64,000 nucleotides of DNA from assembly GCF_902459465.1 (NCBI RefSeq), contig NC_047076.1:13020001-13084000 (forward strand). The letters are read 5' to 3'. Below the pieces are notes generated by a model. It was not told the DNA's origin. It was given only the letters and a program-made list of their open reading frames with translations, and did no database searches. A program made the translations under genes and the position numbers. This DNA comes from Asterias rubens (lineage: Eukaryota). Below, in pieces: positions 34,501-46,844 of the stretch; within the stretch, counting starts at the first letter, position 1; the number at the start of each line of letters is the position of its first letter.

Positions 34501-37500
34501 ACCAGTTAGGATGAGTGACTAGTCCTAACTTAGGTTTAATCTTAAGGTTTACATGTTACAGTGTGAGGCTGGGACTCGTTCCAAGTCCTAAAATTAATCC
34601 TAAGTTAGGTTTAGCAGGGAAGAGTTTGGTAACAAGCCGGTTTAGCAGGAGATTCTAGCAAATTCTTTTGCTTGTACAGCGCCATGAGCGTCGTACCTGA
34701 CGAACTAGAGCGCTCTATAACAGGCCACTCTTATTATTTATTATTATTATAATACAAACCTTGGGATGTCCGATCACATGTATTTGCCTAAACAAGTATC
34801 AATAAAGGTTTTTTCAAAATTTAATTGAATTGAAAATGAGAAAATGGAATTAGCTGTTGCAAACTGCTGACCAAACAAAAGGAGCAATAGTAATGTTTCT
34901 GCTCTCTCGAAAGGCTTTACGAGGAAACCTTTGAGAAAAACACTGCAAGCAGATTTTTTTCTCAAAGGATAAAAGAAGAAGCCTTTAAGAGAGATTTTAA
35001 AACGGTTGAAACGACAAGCCATTATCTATATTTTTAGCTTAAAATATTTAAGTTTTTCCCACCTTCCTTCGGACATCTGTGAAAATGGAGAGCAGCAGAG
35101 CTATATAGAAGGCCAGTTCTATCAGATAGTAGTTGAAGAGGGGTGTGGTGAGCGACTGAAAACAAAGAACAAAAAATATATAATAATTATAACTAATTCT
35201 TACCGTATATATAGCGCATTTTACAATAACAGTGCTTTATTTAAATACCCTGGTCATTCGGCGAATAACACTCCCTTAATCTTTCTCAGCTCTCTGGGGA
35301 GTAGTCCACTGGGCACTGCCGTGGCATTTCAACAGCTTTTTTAAACACAATATTAACCTCTACCCTCGCAGGTACCCAGTTATACCCCTGGGTTAAGAGA
35401 AGCGAGTATAGTAGAGCAAATTGTTAAAGGCATTGGACACTATTGGTAATTACTCAAACAAATTATTAGCATAAAACCTTACTTGGTGAAGAGTTGAGCT
35501 CAAATTTTTACAGGTTTGTTATTTTATGCAAATATGTTGAGATTCACCAAGAGAGAAGACTGGTCTTTGACAATTACCAGTAGTGTCCAGTGTCTTTAAG
35601 GACACAAGTGTCAAAAAACGTTTTCCCTACATTTTCCTCATTGATTTCACAATGACAAAAATAAGCATTGTCTTCTGGTTACTGAATCTAGTGGTTAGTG
35701 CAATTCATTACCATAGACGTTACAGTTACACCAATGTTTGCGCGAGAGAGATTGGCTGTTGCCAGCTTCGTGTTTATGTACATCCCCTTTTTGCTGAGTT
35801 CCCTTGATGGGAAGAACATCCAAACAAACAGACAAACAGACAAAGACTTACATGGTATGGGAAGTTGATCCAGCATAGACGGGAGCTCCAGAACCAATCC
35901 TCTTGGGGGAGGTGATAAATACCATACAGAAAGACCACCGTATAAAATGCAAGGCGCCACCTTAAGACAAAAGTAGGAAAAAAGATCATTAGGAAAATAT
36001 AGCCTCCATAAAATCTTGAAAAGAATCTTAATAAGTCTGTGAGGAACTGTTTACCTAAACAGTGTGTCGTATTGACTCCATCCAACTCCTGGGAGAAAAC
36101 TTGAAAAACACTTGTTGTTAGCCTTCTAGAAAGACTCTGCTCGGGTCAAACATCAGGTCATTAAAAATGTTTGCATTGGTAAACAGCTAATTCTATAGAC
36201 GATGTGACCTCTGTTTACATTCAAACCACCCTCTGTAGATAAAGCACTTTCCAAGTCATGTTTTGCCGGGCAAAAAGATGCGTCGTCATGGTAATATTGC
36301 GTGTAGTTTCTAGCTGGCTGTCAAAACACGTAGGTTTTGCCCGTAGGTATGCGCGTCAACGTGAATCAAACGGTTTTTCGAGTGACGTCAGAGGTCACAT
36401 TGTCTATTTCCTAAAACACTAATACATGTACTGCCATACAACAACAAAAAAATGAATCAAAAATACACAAATGTTGTGTGAATTTAAATAAAATTTGTGT
36501 GAACTTATAACAAGGTTTCAGTGAACTCCTTGAGTGGCAAAGTAAGATGTCATATTACAAAACACAAAAACAAGGAATTTATAATGAAATTTTGTGTGAA
36601 TCTTACGAGGTTTCAGTGAACTTCCTGAGTGGTGTCGGGCGATCTTGGTTCCGTCTCCTTCTGAACCATCTCTCCACTCGTCTCACTGACCAATCCAACT
36701 GCTTCCCAAGGCCCTCAAGACGTTTATGGTCGGGGGAACGCGTGACGGACAGAAACGCTTTCTCCAAGATGAGGTTAGGCTCTGGTTTGTAGCCGCTTGT
36801 TGAGCGGATTCCGATCGCCACGGCGATTGGAGAGAATATCAACCTGTTAAAATAGACATAAAAAATGAAAATTGATTACGATTGAAAATCCACCACAGTA
36901 CATGTAGCTGTTGCTGGTTTCGAAATTTTAACCCAAAGACACACATAAATAAGGTTTATCGCGAATGGCAAAAATATCAAGAGAGGGCGCTGTTGAACCC
37001 ACACCATAATAATATGGATTTACAACCACACTTCTCCAGAAAACCGATCAAGGCGCCTACACAAAATGAAACCATGACCATACAAAGAGATATAGGCCAT
37101 GCGTGCACACGTCGAGCATGACAACATACACGGCAGTCGTTGAATGCCCCTCGGCCTACCCATAACACATTGCCGTTCTGAATCCTAATAACCTTATAGG
37201 AGACTTTGGAGACGCTGGTGACAGAATGGTCCATTTGGGTGCTCTGACTCTGAACATGCACGCACATGCTCAGTATTGCGAGCAAGAGTCCGAGCATGTG
37301 CACTACTGGCAAGAACTGTGGCCAAGCGGTTAAGAGCACCGAATTCAAGCTCTGCTGATTCTGTTCAGCAGAGTGTGGGTTCGAATCCCGGTCGTGACAC
37401 TTGTGTCCCTGAGCAAGACTCTTAACTACTATTGCTTCTCCCCACCCAGGGGTAAGTGGGGACCTGTGAGGGCAGAGATGGTTCTTGTGATTGATTTAGC

Positions 37501-40500
37501 CGAGTAGCGCATTTGTTGCACGAGGCTGTATACTCCCCAGGGAGCTGAGATGGTTTAAGGAGTGAATTAAGGCCCAGTGACCAGGAGTAATAATTTGAAG
37601 CGCTTTGAGAAACCCGTTCGGGAGTGACACAGCGCTATATAAACTCAAATATTATTATTAAAAAGGATCACCCAAAGGTCTCCCATTGCCTTGGTGCCCT
37701 GTGCTTTTGCTGTTGTGCCCTGTGCTTTTGCTGTGGTGCCCTGCGCAAGATTCCTGTACAAATCTACATTCTCCTCAAAGAGATGCCCCTTACCAGAGGC
37801 CTGTGAAGTAGTAATGCTGACAATGTTGTATTCATATTCATCATTTACTATAATTGATTCTGTTCTTTTCATTTTCCAGCAGCATGTTTAGGTAGTGATT
37901 AACATTCTACGTGAAAATTGTTTCTGGTAACTGATATACCAACCTTCACTTCTCATCACCATGATATCAAGTACTGATCAAGTTGTGCAAATAAATTGTA
38001 TTGACATGATCGATGCACTTGTCATAATTTATTTCGAAATTTCATATTCTTCCCCCGCAATAATGACAAATTTCCATTATTGTGTCCCAAGGATTGTCAA
38101 GTGACAATGCATGCCCATTAACAAATACATCAACACATTTGTCCATAGACTAATACCGGTCATCATGGTCATAGAATACTCAACTGATGTAATTGTTACA
38201 ATGAAAAATGGAAACCAGATCTACTCCCAAAACATTTTTGTCTGGAATGATGTCAATATATTCATCTGGCTCATTCGGTTTTTAATTTCAATGGCAATTT
38301 TTCTGCTAACTTGAGATGATGAGTTTATTCAAATAGTAATCATTGTTTGCTCATTACATGTTGTGTAACCTTTTGTTAATTATCCTTTACATTATGCTCG
38401 TTATATTTTCAAAATTAGCTAAAAAATTCAATACTTTTTAATCCGCTTGCTACATGTTTAAATTCAATTGTTTATTGTTTTTGTCAGATTGTAATGTTTT
38501 AACAGACCAAATTGATTTCGCTTTCATTTTTTCACTATCTACTGGAAACAAGGCTATCGCCCAAGAGCTGTTGATAGTATAAATTATTTTGAGTAATTAC
38601 CAATAGTGTCCACTGCCTTTAAATTCGATAGTTAATTGTTTTACTTACATGTACATGTAGCTTGTTATGTTTTCATAGCTATGTTGATTTCACTTTCATT
38701 TGTTCACTATCTACTGGAAACAAGGCTACCCTTCAACAGTTTCAGTTACATACTGTGCCTTGCAGTTTGACTTATCCATGACCTATTTCTCTGAGTTCAA
38801 AATCAAAGCAATTGCATGACAGCCCCAGACTGTTGCCAAGGTAACCATTTCGGGCCTTTCTGTGCGACTAAAAAAAACACCCAGTATTTGATAAAATTTT
38901 GTCAGTATCAAATAAATGTCACTTTGAAAGCACTTACATGTAGCTGTGTCATATGGAGGTCGACAATGGCCGGGAAATGTTTTATGCAATAAAAAAAAAA
39001 TCAACTACAAGCGTGACTTTAATCATCTCAACAGTCATTGCTTTCAAGTACAAGAGCTTCTTCAAGGTTAGGGCCACATATAATTTTCTTACACTGCAAC
39101 GTTTCTTTGGAACAGTCTTCCTGTGCATATTTGCCAGGCTAGTTCTTTACAATGTTTTAAGTCTGTTTAAAAAGTTTGTTTGAAGCTGCTTATTTGTAAT
39201 CTGCTTATTTGTAATTGTATTTTTCTCTCATTGTATATTTTATTGTTCTCTTTGTGCGCTTACAGCTTTACAGGCTTTTTGCATTAGCGTTTTATAAATG
39301 TCTTTACTAATAACGTCTGACACAATAATGCATACAATCTTACAATATGCTTACTATCTAGGAGCATAGTGTCTTGACAACAAAATGCGTTGCAGAGGAA
39401 CATCACGTTTAATGCAAATCTTATTTCTCAACCACAAATGAAATTTAGAGGCAAAGTATGCTTTAATCCTATACAATGTACTGGTAGATGTATACATATG
39501 CCTGGAATTTCAACTTTGAAAGGGCAATGCCACTTTCATTTTGCAAAGGGCACTTCCGTTGAAAATTCTTTAAGTCAATGGAGAAACTTTTGAAGGGGCA
39601 CCAAGGCCAAGTAGGTGGAACATATTCAAGAAAACTCTATAAGAAAACCTGAAAGAAACAGCTGAAATTGGTTGTTACAACCACGGACAATTTGTTCACA
39701 CCCTGAAAATTGTGCTTGGATTTTCACTATTTTCGGCTGAATCTCACAACAGCAAAGCAAACATCTTCATTGGTTGATGATTGATGTTTATGGTTGACAA
39801 GAACACTGTCTGCAACTACAAGTAGTTTGTCAATTCTACCAACCCTGTATAAATACCTTTAAAATGGCGGCTCAGATACAACGTATGCCTTGTATTTGAA
39901 CAAATTAACATTTGTCACTATTTCCGTTACGAAAATTTGATCTCACCTGATCTTTCCTGGTGAAAAAAAAAATATCATAATCCCATATGGCAATTTGACC
40001 CTCATTCGGCAGTGGTTTTGAGTTACCATACACTATGAGTCAAATACTATGTAACAATGATGTAGTAAAAGCGGATTCCGTGAAAGCATACACAGCATAC
40101 AAAAAAAAATACCAGCAGATCGTCCCCTCCCTAATCCTTTTCAAAGGCTGCATCCTTTTATTTATTGCTTGTTACTTAACTTTTTTTTCTTTACAAAGAT
40201 AAAGTTTTGGTGCGTTTCGCATTTAACTTATTAATCTTTTAATATTTTTTTACTTGGCCTTTTATACACAACTATAGGTAGCTTGTGGACTGACATTATG
40301 CAGTCACAGTTCAATGTTTTTAGTACAAGTGCCTAAAATTTAGCATAATATTCAATTACCCGCCCCTACAAGTCCAGTAAAAGTACCAAGTGCCAAAGTG
40401 AAGGGTTCTTTTTTAAATAGCCCAGCCATTTGTCTGTACAAATATTCAGCGGCCATTTTGGAGAGATAAAAAAAGGCCCTCCTCCCTTTTTCCAAAAAGG

Positions 40501-43500
40501 CAGGATGCTAAACTAGTTTTTTTTTTATTTTTGGCCTTGGGCCCCTAACAACATCTCATCACAAGGTCAAGCATTTAAGTCTTACCCACACAATTTGGTG
40601 TGAAGTGACATGACACAGTAGAAGAAGAGGAAATAAGAGGACTTTGGTTACACAACTGCCTGGTCTGTCAGTGACAGGACCAGTACAGTCCCCAACCATA
40701 GAGCAAGGAGAATTCAACCAAACACGATGTTGGATTTTGAATGTGACTTTTCTAAGTTCCCTTTCAACATGAACAACCAACTGAATGTGACCATTACACA
40801 TTGGCTGAGTACAAGTCAGGCCTCACCCGATGTTTGTAATGTATTAATGGTAGAAATCACAACATACCAGTCTACTGGCAAAAAAAAGTAATGTTTACAA
40901 TAACTGTTTTAAAAGGTTACTAAAAAATTGGTTCCACAGTTTTTAGTAGAACACATGGCAAATCGAAAAGTGGTGTATCCCAGTCCATTGCAGTTTTTTC
41001 TATGATCATTCATTCCTCTGTGCTATGACAAAGTGTTAAGGGCAAGTACTGACAGTAATTGTAAGACCCCGTTCCCACTGGACCCCGCATTGATCTCCCA
41101 ATTCGAGAAAAGGGCGATCAAAGAGAAATAAGCTCCAGTGGGAACGCGAGGGCGATCAGGATCCGACCGTGCAATTTTGATCCTCCTTGGGAATAGGATT
41201 AAAGCGGGATCTGATCGCCCTTGTGGATTAATGGGCGATCAAAAGTCCAGTGGGAACGCAAAGGGTGATCAGACCCCGCAATTTGCTAGAAAAAAAAAGA
41301 ACATGTTCTTTTGAACCCACTTCCGTTCCCAAAAAGGGGGATCAATGCATGATCATACTCAAGTGGGAACGCGACCGTGATTTCACGCCTGCAACTAATC
41401 TTGTTGCGGGATCCCGATCTCGCAATTGTGGATCCACCTAAGCCCAGATGACAAACACAATGACAAGCTTACAACTTTTTACTTGACACTGACAGTGCAC
41501 CATGAGCTAAAATCAAAATAAAGCAAAGACAGTAAAGTCCTGCAATGACCAGCAGCACTACTGGTTCAGATGTATCAAATTACCCTAAGCCCTAACAACA
41601 AGCACTCTGATAAGCTTAGCAACTTTCATAACCTGTAATCGTCATTCAGTATTGACTTGATTGTATACATTTACATGTGTTGACCATTAATCAGGAAATA
41701 ACTGATCAAACACCTTGGTTTAATGATAGTCTCTTAGCTGCTAATCCCTTAGCCAAACATAGAGAGTCTAGCATTAGCAAGGTAAAGAAAAAGTACCAGA
41801 CTCCAATACAAATATTGATATAATTGGTTCAAATAAAAATTTACAAATGAACAGAAACAATAGGGCCTAGTTTTAAAGACACTGGACACTATTGGTTATT
41901 GTCAAAGACCAGTCTTCTCACTTGGTGTATCTCAACTTGTACATAAAAAAACAAACCATTGAAAATTTAAACTCAATTGGTCGTCGAAGTTGAGAGATAA
42001 TGGAAGAAAAAACACCCTTGTCACAAAGATGTGTGCTTTCAGATCCTTGATTTTCGGAATCAAATTTAAAAATTTTAGTGGAAAATTACTTCTTTCTCAA
42101 CAACAACGTTACTTCAGAGGGAGCCGTTTCTCACAACACCTCTCCATTGCTTGTTACCAAGTAAGTTTTTGTTTTGCCTTAACATTTATTTTGAGTACTT
42201 ACTAATAGTGTCTACTGCCATTAAAGGGAAGGTATAGTTTGGTAATTGTCAAAGACCAGTGTCCTCTCTTCGTGTATCCCATCATAAGCATAAAATAACA
42301 AGCCTGTGAAAATTTGGGCTCAAATGGTCATCGGAGTTGCGAGAAAATTATGAAAGAAAAAACACTCATGAAGCCAACACAACCCAATGTTGCCAATACA
42401 GCTCAAATGTGAAACTGTTATTCTAATTTGGATCATTTATCTTGTAACAAATTCTCTGGTCCAATAAAAGTTGAGCTACAAGCCCTGCAGTATAAATGGA
42501 TCTTTGCCCTAAACTCAATTCTACACATCAGGCGATACTTCACAGAGGCAGCGGAGGCATCAGAGGCAGTTGCCTCCATGCCCTGTCTGGTCATTGCCTT
42601 AGAGCCATTTTACACTTTCGGAACAGAAAAAAAAAAAAAAAAAAAAATCACAGATTTACAAATAGCTTACAGGGTCTACAGAAGGTAATGGTGAAAGCCT
42701 TCTCTTGAAAAATTATTCCTTGAAACGCTTTACTTTTTAAGGAAAAAATTAAAACAATAATCAATCCTCGATATCGGGAATTACAGATTTATTTTAAACA
42801 CAATCATGTCATGACACGACGAAACGTGCAGAAACAAGGACGGGTTTCCCGTTATTTTCTCCCGACTCCGATGACCAATTGAGCCTAAATTTTCACAGGT
42901 TTGTTATTTAATATATAAGTTGTGACACACGAATATTGTTTACCAAAAGTGTCCAATGGCTCTATAATGCCCTTGAAATGCTCTGCAGTAGAAATTTATG
43001 ATTTCCTTAAAGGGTGCCCTCGATCAAGGAGAAAATGCCTTGGTGCCCTTGCCCTTTCAAAAACAAAGTATACAGGCCTGAAATGTACATGATTACGTAG
43101 GTTTCACTCTTGATCGTTTATGAAATACACAAGTGCTTAAAATGCAAATTTTCAGCTGAAATTAGCTTAATAATTGCTTTTATGCTTAACCAGCAAAAAG
43201 CTCTAAATCCTTAGTATATGAATGTTTAGTGCTACATAAAAGAAGAGTGGGGACTTCTGAGCAACCCAGTTGTTTATTTATGCAAGCACACAGAAGTGAA
43301 CGTGATGCATTTCCTGAAATCATAAATCAAGCAGAGAGTCCACAAAATGTCCATTCATGATTTGATGCCCACAGCATTGTAGATGTTTCAGCTATAATGT
43401 CAAAATTTGTGGAAAGCAGTTTATTATATTGTGGTTGCTTCGTGGAGAGCAGTTAGAGAGCAGAGATCTCTTTGGGCCCGTTTTGGTATAGTTTTGTAAA

Positions 43501-46500
43501 TCTTAAAAACCAATCAAGGGGAGGGCTTGGATAAGCAGACTGCGAAACAGGAAGTATTTAAGAAGTTGGCATAATCAAGGTTTGTATACAACAAAGGAAT
43601 CAAGGTCATTGCCATGGCAACAAGTTCAACTGTCTCAAAAAGGCCCATGGATTCAGGGAAACCACAATTACGTATTTCACTGTGCAAATAAAAAACCAAT
43701 TCAAAACCATAAAGGTAAACAATGCTTAGTGCATTTTGTAAGCAGTGGTTTAGCACAGTGGGCGGAGCTGGGCAGGCATGCCCAGATCTCACAAATTTCG
43801 CAGCTAGTACTTTAAGAGCAAATGCTGCCAAGTTTCCCCCAGATGGCACTTCAGCAATGATGGCCCCATAAATCGTAACATGAAACATGTTGTTGAACCA
43901 CTCACCCCTTGATGGACTAAATTGGATTTAGGGCCCGACACTAAAAATATCAGTCTAGCTAAAGGGACTGGTTGCACACGACGGACATTGAAGCAAATTC
44001 AAGTTAGAAAATGGTCTTTTCGAGTTGTGGTGGACACAAATGTTTTAGAAGAGCACTGTTTTAGGTGACTAATACAAATTTACCCAAACCTACATAAAAT
44101 GCATAATAGTGTCCTAGCATTGTGATGCCATATCTCATAAGGTAAACATTTTCAGCACTGTACAAATAATGCTAAGATAAAACCAACGTTTTCCCTTTAT
44201 AGAGTTTACGTATTCACTGGCCAAGTGCCAGTTAAACTACTATGAACCAGAGAGTGAAATACTTGCGGACTCACTGGTGAACCCACAAATCGGTCTGTAT
44301 GCTTCCTTTTTGAAAGGGCAAGGGGTACCAAGGCATTTTCTCCTTGGTTAAGTGCACCCTAATTTCATGCCATCTACATTGCTTGTGACTGGTATTTAGC
44401 TGTTGTTTACTTAGCATAACAATTGAGTGGAGTCTTGGCCGGTAATCTGATTATACTAAGCAATGATTTTTGCTTTAAAGCAGCTCTATGAAATTGGGCC
44501 CAGGGCCAGGGGGCATTGAGGCAATCGCCTCCGTTGCCTCTGTGAAGTATCAGGCCTGCAAACATCGTGTACATGAAGGTCCTTGTCAACGTACATGTTG
44601 TACTCGTATCTGTAGTTGAATGGACTGTTTCTCTCTAATCAGTTGGGATTACGCATTTATTATACATGTATATAGGACCTACTTGATTGTACCATAAAGC
44701 AAGGACGATTGTACAAACTACAATATTGACACACATCAAGGACAAATGTAAGGACATGTAACCCTGCCACTTTACAATGACCTTTCAACCTTGACCTAGT
44801 TAACCTCCAAAGGATATCCTGACAAAGCAGATCAACAGGTTATCAATAAAAACTCAAACTAGATCTCATCCCGACTTAAAGGTATGGAAACAGAGCCAGT
44901 AAATGTCAAAGTTTGGGGTAAATCGTCAGGTTTCCCTCTCTGAATCAAACCACAAAACTTTCTCATTTGTATGTCAGAAAACATTCAGTTATATATAACA
45001 TTTATGTACTTTGTACACTGGTCATCCTACAAGAACTATGTGGTTTGTTAAGCTGTCGTCTCCATGGAAACGATAGCGGAAAACCTCATAACAAACTTTA
45101 GGAGCAGTACTTGAATTCTGAAACATTAGTTAAAAACGCCCAGTGATAGATCTGTTCCCCTCAGGCAGAACACTGGTATTGCTAGCGTGTTAAAGGCGCT
45201 GGACACATTTGGTACCTGTCAAAGACCAGGGGTGGATTTCAAAAAGAGTTAGGACTAGTCTTATCTCGAGTTAGGACGAGTTACTCGTCCTAACTTAGGA
45301 CTATTCACACGAGTTGTCTATCTCCTAGTCCTAACTCTTTGTGAAATCGACCCCTGGGCCCAATTTCATAGAGCTGCTTAAGCACAAAATTTTGCTTAAG
45401 CAAAAAAATCCTTGCTTTGTAAAATCATTACCGGCCAAGACTCCACTCAATTGTTATGCTAAGTGCTAACAGCTAAATACCAGTCACAATCAATGTACAG
45501 GCATGGCATGATTGGGTCAGTAACACAATGTTTTATTTGTCATGTACAGCAATTGAATAGAGAACTTGAATTTAACACCGGTCATAAGTTAAGAGGTATG
45601 AACTTCCGGTTGATGGAAATACAATAACCTTTACTCTATTGTTTAATTATTTCCACCTCAGTGATATACAATTGCTACACTTTTTTTTTAACCCGGCATG
45701 GGATGGTCTGAAGACTGCAAGGGTGTGAGAGCATGCAGAGGAACTATGTGTATCATGATCGTACATTTTGTGAATTAAATTGAGGAAACTCCATTCAAAA
45801 TATAATTATCAAAATTTTGATTTTTAAAACTCGTTCATCATGATTCTGATATTTCATTATTGTGAAAAGTTTCTGTATGGCGCCACCACTTTTTCATTCC
45901 ATATGAAATAAAATAGTATCTAATTTACCTCAATGAGATATCCCTTTTTGTAAAAATGAGTGAAATAGTGGTGGCGCTGTATGGAAAGTTATCCCATTGT
46001 TGTTGTTTTTAAACACAAATTAACAGGAAAATGTATGTTTCCTGCCACACACTGTACAGTTTTATTTGTTTTGTCATGAAATACAATTAGGGATAGAATC
46101 TTACTCAATCAATCAAAGTTCAAACCAAAAATGACTAATGTCAGATTCCTTTTATTAGTTTTGGGGTAAAAATTAGTGAAAAAGTGGTGGCAGGATTATG
46201 GAAATCTTTCTTCGGATAACTCTTCGTATGGCGCCACCACTTTTTCACTCATTTTTACAAAAAGGGATATCTCATTGAGGTAAATTAGATTCTTTATTAT
46301 TTCATATCGAATGAAAAAGTGGTGGCACCATACGGAAACATTTCCCTTTTTTCTTCTTCCTTCTTGTTCTTCTACCTTCCCCAAGGCCAAACCAACCAAG
46401 ACAATCGGTAATCACACAACAAGAAACAAAAATGCCTTTCATATTTTTTCTAGAAACATGGAAGATTGTTCGGATCCGATTGTTCTTCCTCCATGATGAA

Positions 46501-46844
46501 AATTGACAACCACAAAATATGTTTGACAGCAGGCATCGCCATACACAAACAGTGATCTTCCACAACACGACGTACGCTACTCAGCCCACTCTCCACTGCC
46601 CAACCAAGAAGATACAGTTCATCATCATCTCATATTGACACTCTGTTTCGCAACTCCCGATCACCACTTACCTCTCACAGAATAGTCTGATGAAGACCAA
46701 ACTAATGGCCATCATCAGAACAACTTTGAAATCATCGATCTGTGGATATCTTGCCTCATCAGTACTTCGAAGATCGGCCCAAGTAACATTAGCTGGGAAC
46801 CAAAATCGCTCGTTCAAAACATACGCAGCTAAACCGCCCGCCAT
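31574..46844 (-). CDS. CERS5/6: Ceramide synthase (TLC/Lag1 family with homeobox-like domain), CERS5/6-like, 376 aa, 8 coding exons
   Basis: Exons: 46844-46672, 36843-36607, 35960-35852, 35155-35063, 34361-34233, 33522-33416, 32732-32576, 31699-31574 (1131 nt, all GT-AG, phases consistent). Motifs: NERFWFPANVTWADL, homeodomain RRVERWFRRRR, Lag1 motif RKDF..FVHH..RIG...HDISDIFLE.AK, DKDARSD tail. Confidence 0.95.
31820..31960. mobile_element. Harbinger-like MITE family (gggt(c/g)gatttcacaaa TIR); other copies at 45229-45354, 53206-53315 and ~34470-34610
   Basis: Shared TIR and internal ttaggac.agt..ctcgtcctaact palindromes. Confidence 0.65.
32465..32570 (-). mobile_element. 5'-truncated tRNA-SINE fragment abutting the CerS exon 7 donor
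   Basis: gttcgaatcc...gacacttatgtccttgagcaagatact matches the full SINE at 37310-37660. Confidence 0.7.
32831..33351. repeat. 102-bp minisatellite, ~5.1 near-identical copies, in CerS intron 6
   Basis: aacaatcactgtgtag recurs at 32927, 33029, 33132, 33234 and 33336. Confidence 0.97.
35424..35599. mobile_element. Internally deleted TTAA-flanked MITE (TTAAAG(G/A)CA(C/T)TGGACAC TIR; Kolobok/T2-like)
   Basis: Inverted termini ttaaaggcattggacactattggtaatt / aattaccagtagtgtccagtgtctttaa. Confidence 0.8.
37310..37660 (+). mobile_element. Full-length tRNA-derived SINE
   Basis: A box tggccaagcgg 37319-37329, B box ggttcgaatcc 37378-37388, conserved body, gcgctatataaa...(tat)n tail. Confidence 0.85.
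41062..41375. mobile_element. MITE-like element with repeated gttcccact/agtgggaac motifs
   Basis: ccgttcccactgg at 41069 is inverted relative to agtgggaacgc at ~41138, ~41249 and ~41362. Confidence 0.6.
41873..42365. mobile_element. Two abutting TTAA-family MITEs sharing one TTAA (42221-42224)
   Basis: 41873 ttaaagacactggacac...ctactgccaTTAA, followed by TTAAagggaagg...gtaattgtcaaagaccag. Confidence 0.75.
45190..45530. mobile_element. Nested MITE cluster: TTAA-family head + Harbinger-like element + gggcccaatttcatagagc family
   Basis: Three recognisable termini abut at CAG/CTG junctions (45227-45229, 45354-45356). Confidence 0.7.
45870..46339. repeat. Inverted pair of ~125-bp MITEs (45870-45994 / 46214-46339) in CerS intron 1
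   Basis: Each has a tatggcgccaccactttt TIR, and the bodies are reverse complements of each other. Confidence 0.85.

Noticed and set aside
37310-37400. tRNA gene
   Set aside because: A and B boxes are present, but there is no cloverleaf and a SINE body and tail follow.
43514-43888. 124-aa minus-strand ORF in CerS intron 1
   Set aside because: It has no recognisable motif or supporting splice structure.
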